From a virus (taxonomy: Duplodnaviria > Caudoviricetes), in the IMG/VR virus record IMGVR_UViG_3300027732_000062, positions 1-36,610 of that record: a stretch of DNA of 36,610 bases, one strand, 5' to 3'. Positions 34,751 through 36,610 of the stretch are shown here, piece after piece; position 1 is the stretch's first letter, and every line of letters begins with the position of its first letter. Below the pieces are notes generated by a model, which saw only the letters and a list, made by a program, of their open reading frames with translations, was not told the origin of the DNA and made no database searches. A program made the translations under genes and the position numbers.

Positions 34751-35335
34751 ATGAAATTAGATTTAATCACAAACAAAGCAGAAAAACAAAGTGGATTTAT
34801 TTATGGAAATACAAATAAAAAAGAAATTATTGCAAATATAAATCCTAACGATGAATATTACACTCCTAATTATGCAATAGAACCATTATTAAATTATTTA
34901 AAACCAAACAGTATTATTTGGTGTCCTTTTGATACATTAGAAAGTAATTTTGTAAAAATATTTATAAATCAAGGTCACAAAGTTATAAATACACATATAG
35001 AAAATGGATTTAATTTTTTTAATATTAATATTCCTGAATGTGATTATGTTATTTCTAATCCTCCATATTCTTTAAAATATGAAGTATTTAATAAACTTTT
35101 TGAAATTGGAAAGCCTTTTGCTATGTTAGTTGGAATTGTTGGATTATTTGAAAGCAAAAAAAGATTTAAAATGTTTAAAGAAAATAATTTTGAAATAATG
35201 TATTTTGATAAAAGAATAAGTTATTTTAAAAGTTATGATGACCAAAAACCAAGTTTAAATCCTCCTTTTTCAAGTGTTTATATTTGTAAAGATATATTAC
35301 CAAATAGAATAATATTTAATAATATAAATAAATAA
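34751..35335 (+). CDS. Adenine-specific methyltransferase, haplotype B only
   Basis: DEYYTP, IWCPFD, ISNPPYS, GKPFAML; no visible similarity to 1976..2602. Confidence 0.8.
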   Translation: MKLDLITNKAEKQSGFIYGNTNKKEIIANINPNDEYYTPNYAIEPLLNYLKPNSIIWCPFDTLESNFVKIFINQGHKVINTHIENGFNFFNINIPECDYVISNPPYSLKYEVFNKLFEIGKPFAMLVGIVGLFESKKRFKMFKENNFEIMYFDKRISYFKSYDDQKPSLNPPFSSVYICKDILPNRIIFNNINK

Positions 35336-35337
35336 TT

Positions 35338-35523
35338 ATGCCAGATATAACAATGTGTAGTGGTAACAACTGCGAACTAAGTTCAACGTGTTACAGATAT
35401 AAAGCAGAACCAAATCAATATAGACAATCGTATTTTTGTAAACCACCAAATGATAATTTAGAATGTGATTACTATTGGGAAATAAAAACTAAAGATGAAA
35501 CAGAAGATAAAACCAATCCATAA
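35338..35523 (+). CDS. Cys-rich protein (copy B)
   Basis: Allele of 3773..3964. Confidence 0.75.
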   Translation: MPDITMCSGNNCELSSTCYRYKAEPNQYRQSYFCKPPNDNLECDYYWEIKTKDETEDKTNP

Positions 35524-35632
35524 ATTAAATGGTGGAATAGGTGCAACACTATGCCATACTTGTAGCGTAATAATATCCATAGGATTAACAAAAGAATTAT
35601 ACTGTAATAACTGTAAACCAAAAACAAAATGA
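35495..35632 (+). CDS. 45-aa zinc-finger protein (copy B)
   Basis: Allele of 3930..4067, both CxxC retained. Confidence 0.7.
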   Translation: MKQKIKPIHKLNGGIGATLCHTCSVIISIGLTKELYCNNCKPKTK

Positions 35633-35868
35633 AAGCAACATTAGAATTTAACTTACCTGAAGATAACACAGAATATTTAGCAACAGTCAAAGCATTAGAT
35701 ATGGCGAACTTTATATTTGAATTGGTATATAATACAAAAAAAGGATTAATCAATCAACTAAACGATTCTATTACATCACAATATGAAGCAGATGGAATAG
35801 ATATAGTATTTGAAAAGATATGCGAACTATTGCAACATCATAATATAGAAATTGATGAACTGATATAA
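35629..35868 (+). CDS. Allele of 4064..4303
   Basis: Near-identical translation. Confidence 0.8.
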   Translation: MKATLEFNLPEDNTEYLATVKALDMANFIFELVYNTKKGLINQLNDSITSQYEADGIDIVFEKICELLQHHNIEIDELI

Positions 35869-35918
35869 ACAATAAACAAAAATGTTTATTTTTAATTTAA
35901 TAATAATAACTTTTTTAA

Positions 35919-36212
35919 ATGGAAGATAAAAGAAAGAATAACGGAGGTCATAAATCTGCAGGTAGAAAAACTAAAGTAGAAGAAGCTAAAGTAAATAATA
36001 TATTCATACAAGCATTAAAAGAATTGTATAATAAAGATACTGAAGAAGAAACAAAGATTGCATTTGTAAAGAATACTTTAATGGATTCACAAAGAGGTCA
36101 ATTGTTTATTGCTGAACATATATTTGGTAAGCCAAAAGAGATTATAGAAGCTACTCACAATGTAAATGACTTTAACATAAAAGATATTTTTAAAGTTGGA
36201 AATAAATCTTAA
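35919..36212 (+). CDS. terS: Terminase small subunit (copy B)
   Basis: Allele of 4354..4647. Confidence 0.75.
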   Translation: MEDKRKNNGGHKSAGRKTKVEEAKVNNIFIQALKELYNKDTEEETKIAFVKNTLMDSQRGQLFIAEHIFGKPKEIIEATHNVNDFNIKDIFKVGNKS

Positions 36213-36610
36213 CGACAAATATAATCTATTAGGTTCTGAAAGTAGATATTTTGTAATAACAGGCGGAAGGGGTTCTGGGAAATCATATTCCCTAAATTCC
36301 TTTTTACTTGGTTTAACTTATGAATCAGGTCACGTTATATTATTTACAAGATATACTTTAACTTCTGCAAATGTTTCTATTATACCTGAATTTATAGATA
36401 AGATTGAAACAGCTAATTTAAGCCACGAATTTTATATTACTAAAGACGAAATTATAAATAAGAAAACAGGGTCTAAGATACTCTTTAAAGGTATTAAAAC
36501 AAGTAGTGGAACACAAACTGCAAGTTTAAAATCATTAGCAGGAGTTACAACTTGGGTATTAGATGAAGCAGAAGAATTAAACGATGAAGAAATATTTGAA
36601 AAGATAGACT
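36196..36610 (+). CDS. terL: Terminase large subunit (copy B), truncated by the window end
   Basis: TTG start, (M)EINLNDKYNLLGSESRYFVITGGRGSGKS. Confidence 0.9.
   Translation, partial: MEINLNDKYNLLGSESRYFVITGGRGSGKSYSLNSFLLGLTYESGHVILFTRYTLTSANVSIIPEFIDKIETANLSHEFYITKDEIINKKTGSKILFKGIKTSSGTQTASLKSLAGVTTWVLDEAEELNDEEIFEKID

Larger units (their letters stand above)
1..36610 (+). mobile_element. Tailed dsDNA bacteriophage genome (siphovirus-like, probable Flavobacteria/Bacteroidota host), about 31.5 kb unit plus a 5 kb diverged overlap
   Basis: Terminase, portal, capsid, tail tube, tape measure, lysis and recombination genes, almost all on the + strand; TAnnTTTG promoters; no host genes or integrase seen. 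Confidence 0.95.
31529..36610 (+). repeat. Diverged long direct repeat, copy B
   Basis: Collinear with 1..5042. Confidence 0.97.

Noticed and set aside
1014-35753. Minus-strand ORFs in the track (e.g. 2328..2615, 3262..3594, 20689..21009, 25900..26397, 34240..34572)
   Set aside because: They are Leu/Phe/Ile-rich shadows of A-rich + strand genes with no promoter or start context; only 17179..17373 is supported.
31529-36610. True direct terminal repeat or tandem prophages
   Set aside because: DTRs are regenerated identical, whereas these copies differ in sequence and gene content. No integrase, att site or host DNA is seen.
1-36610. CRISPR array, diversity-generating retroelement, tRNA genes or stop-codon recoding
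   Set aside because: No spaced repeats, reverse transcriptase, adenine-specific TR/VR pair or cloverleaf seen by eye; genes tile densely under the standard code using all three stops.

Overview
Essentially complete genome (unit length about 31.5 kb) of an AT-rich tailed dsDNA phage, probably a siphovirus of Bacteroidota/Flavobacteria. Host evidence: TAnnTTTG promoters and A-rich, Shine-Dalgarno-less start regions. No integrase, DNA polymerase or primase was recognised. Bases 1-5042 recur as a diverged copy at 31529-36610; this looks like two co-assembled strain haplotypes carrying different accessory genes, including two unrelated methyltransferases. Gene order: early/nuclease genes, terS-terL, tail genes, tape measure, XkdF-like prohead protease, scaffold, capsid, tail tube, portal, adaptor, fibres, lysis cassette, then recombination/replication genes and an ECF-like sigma factor. 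The most notable signal is a candidate capsid cargo-loading system: two paralogous small proteins begin with a copy of the scaffold's C-terminal motif (MxxxxxVMxxLF), followed by tandem [EK]-[LM]-[AS] sites also seen in the protease, scaffold and portal. Also found: a likely -1 frameshift/dual-coding gene, two fixed-spacing promoter classes, and self-contained early-expressed cassettes inside the late region. All protein calls come from motif recognition by eye, not database searches.
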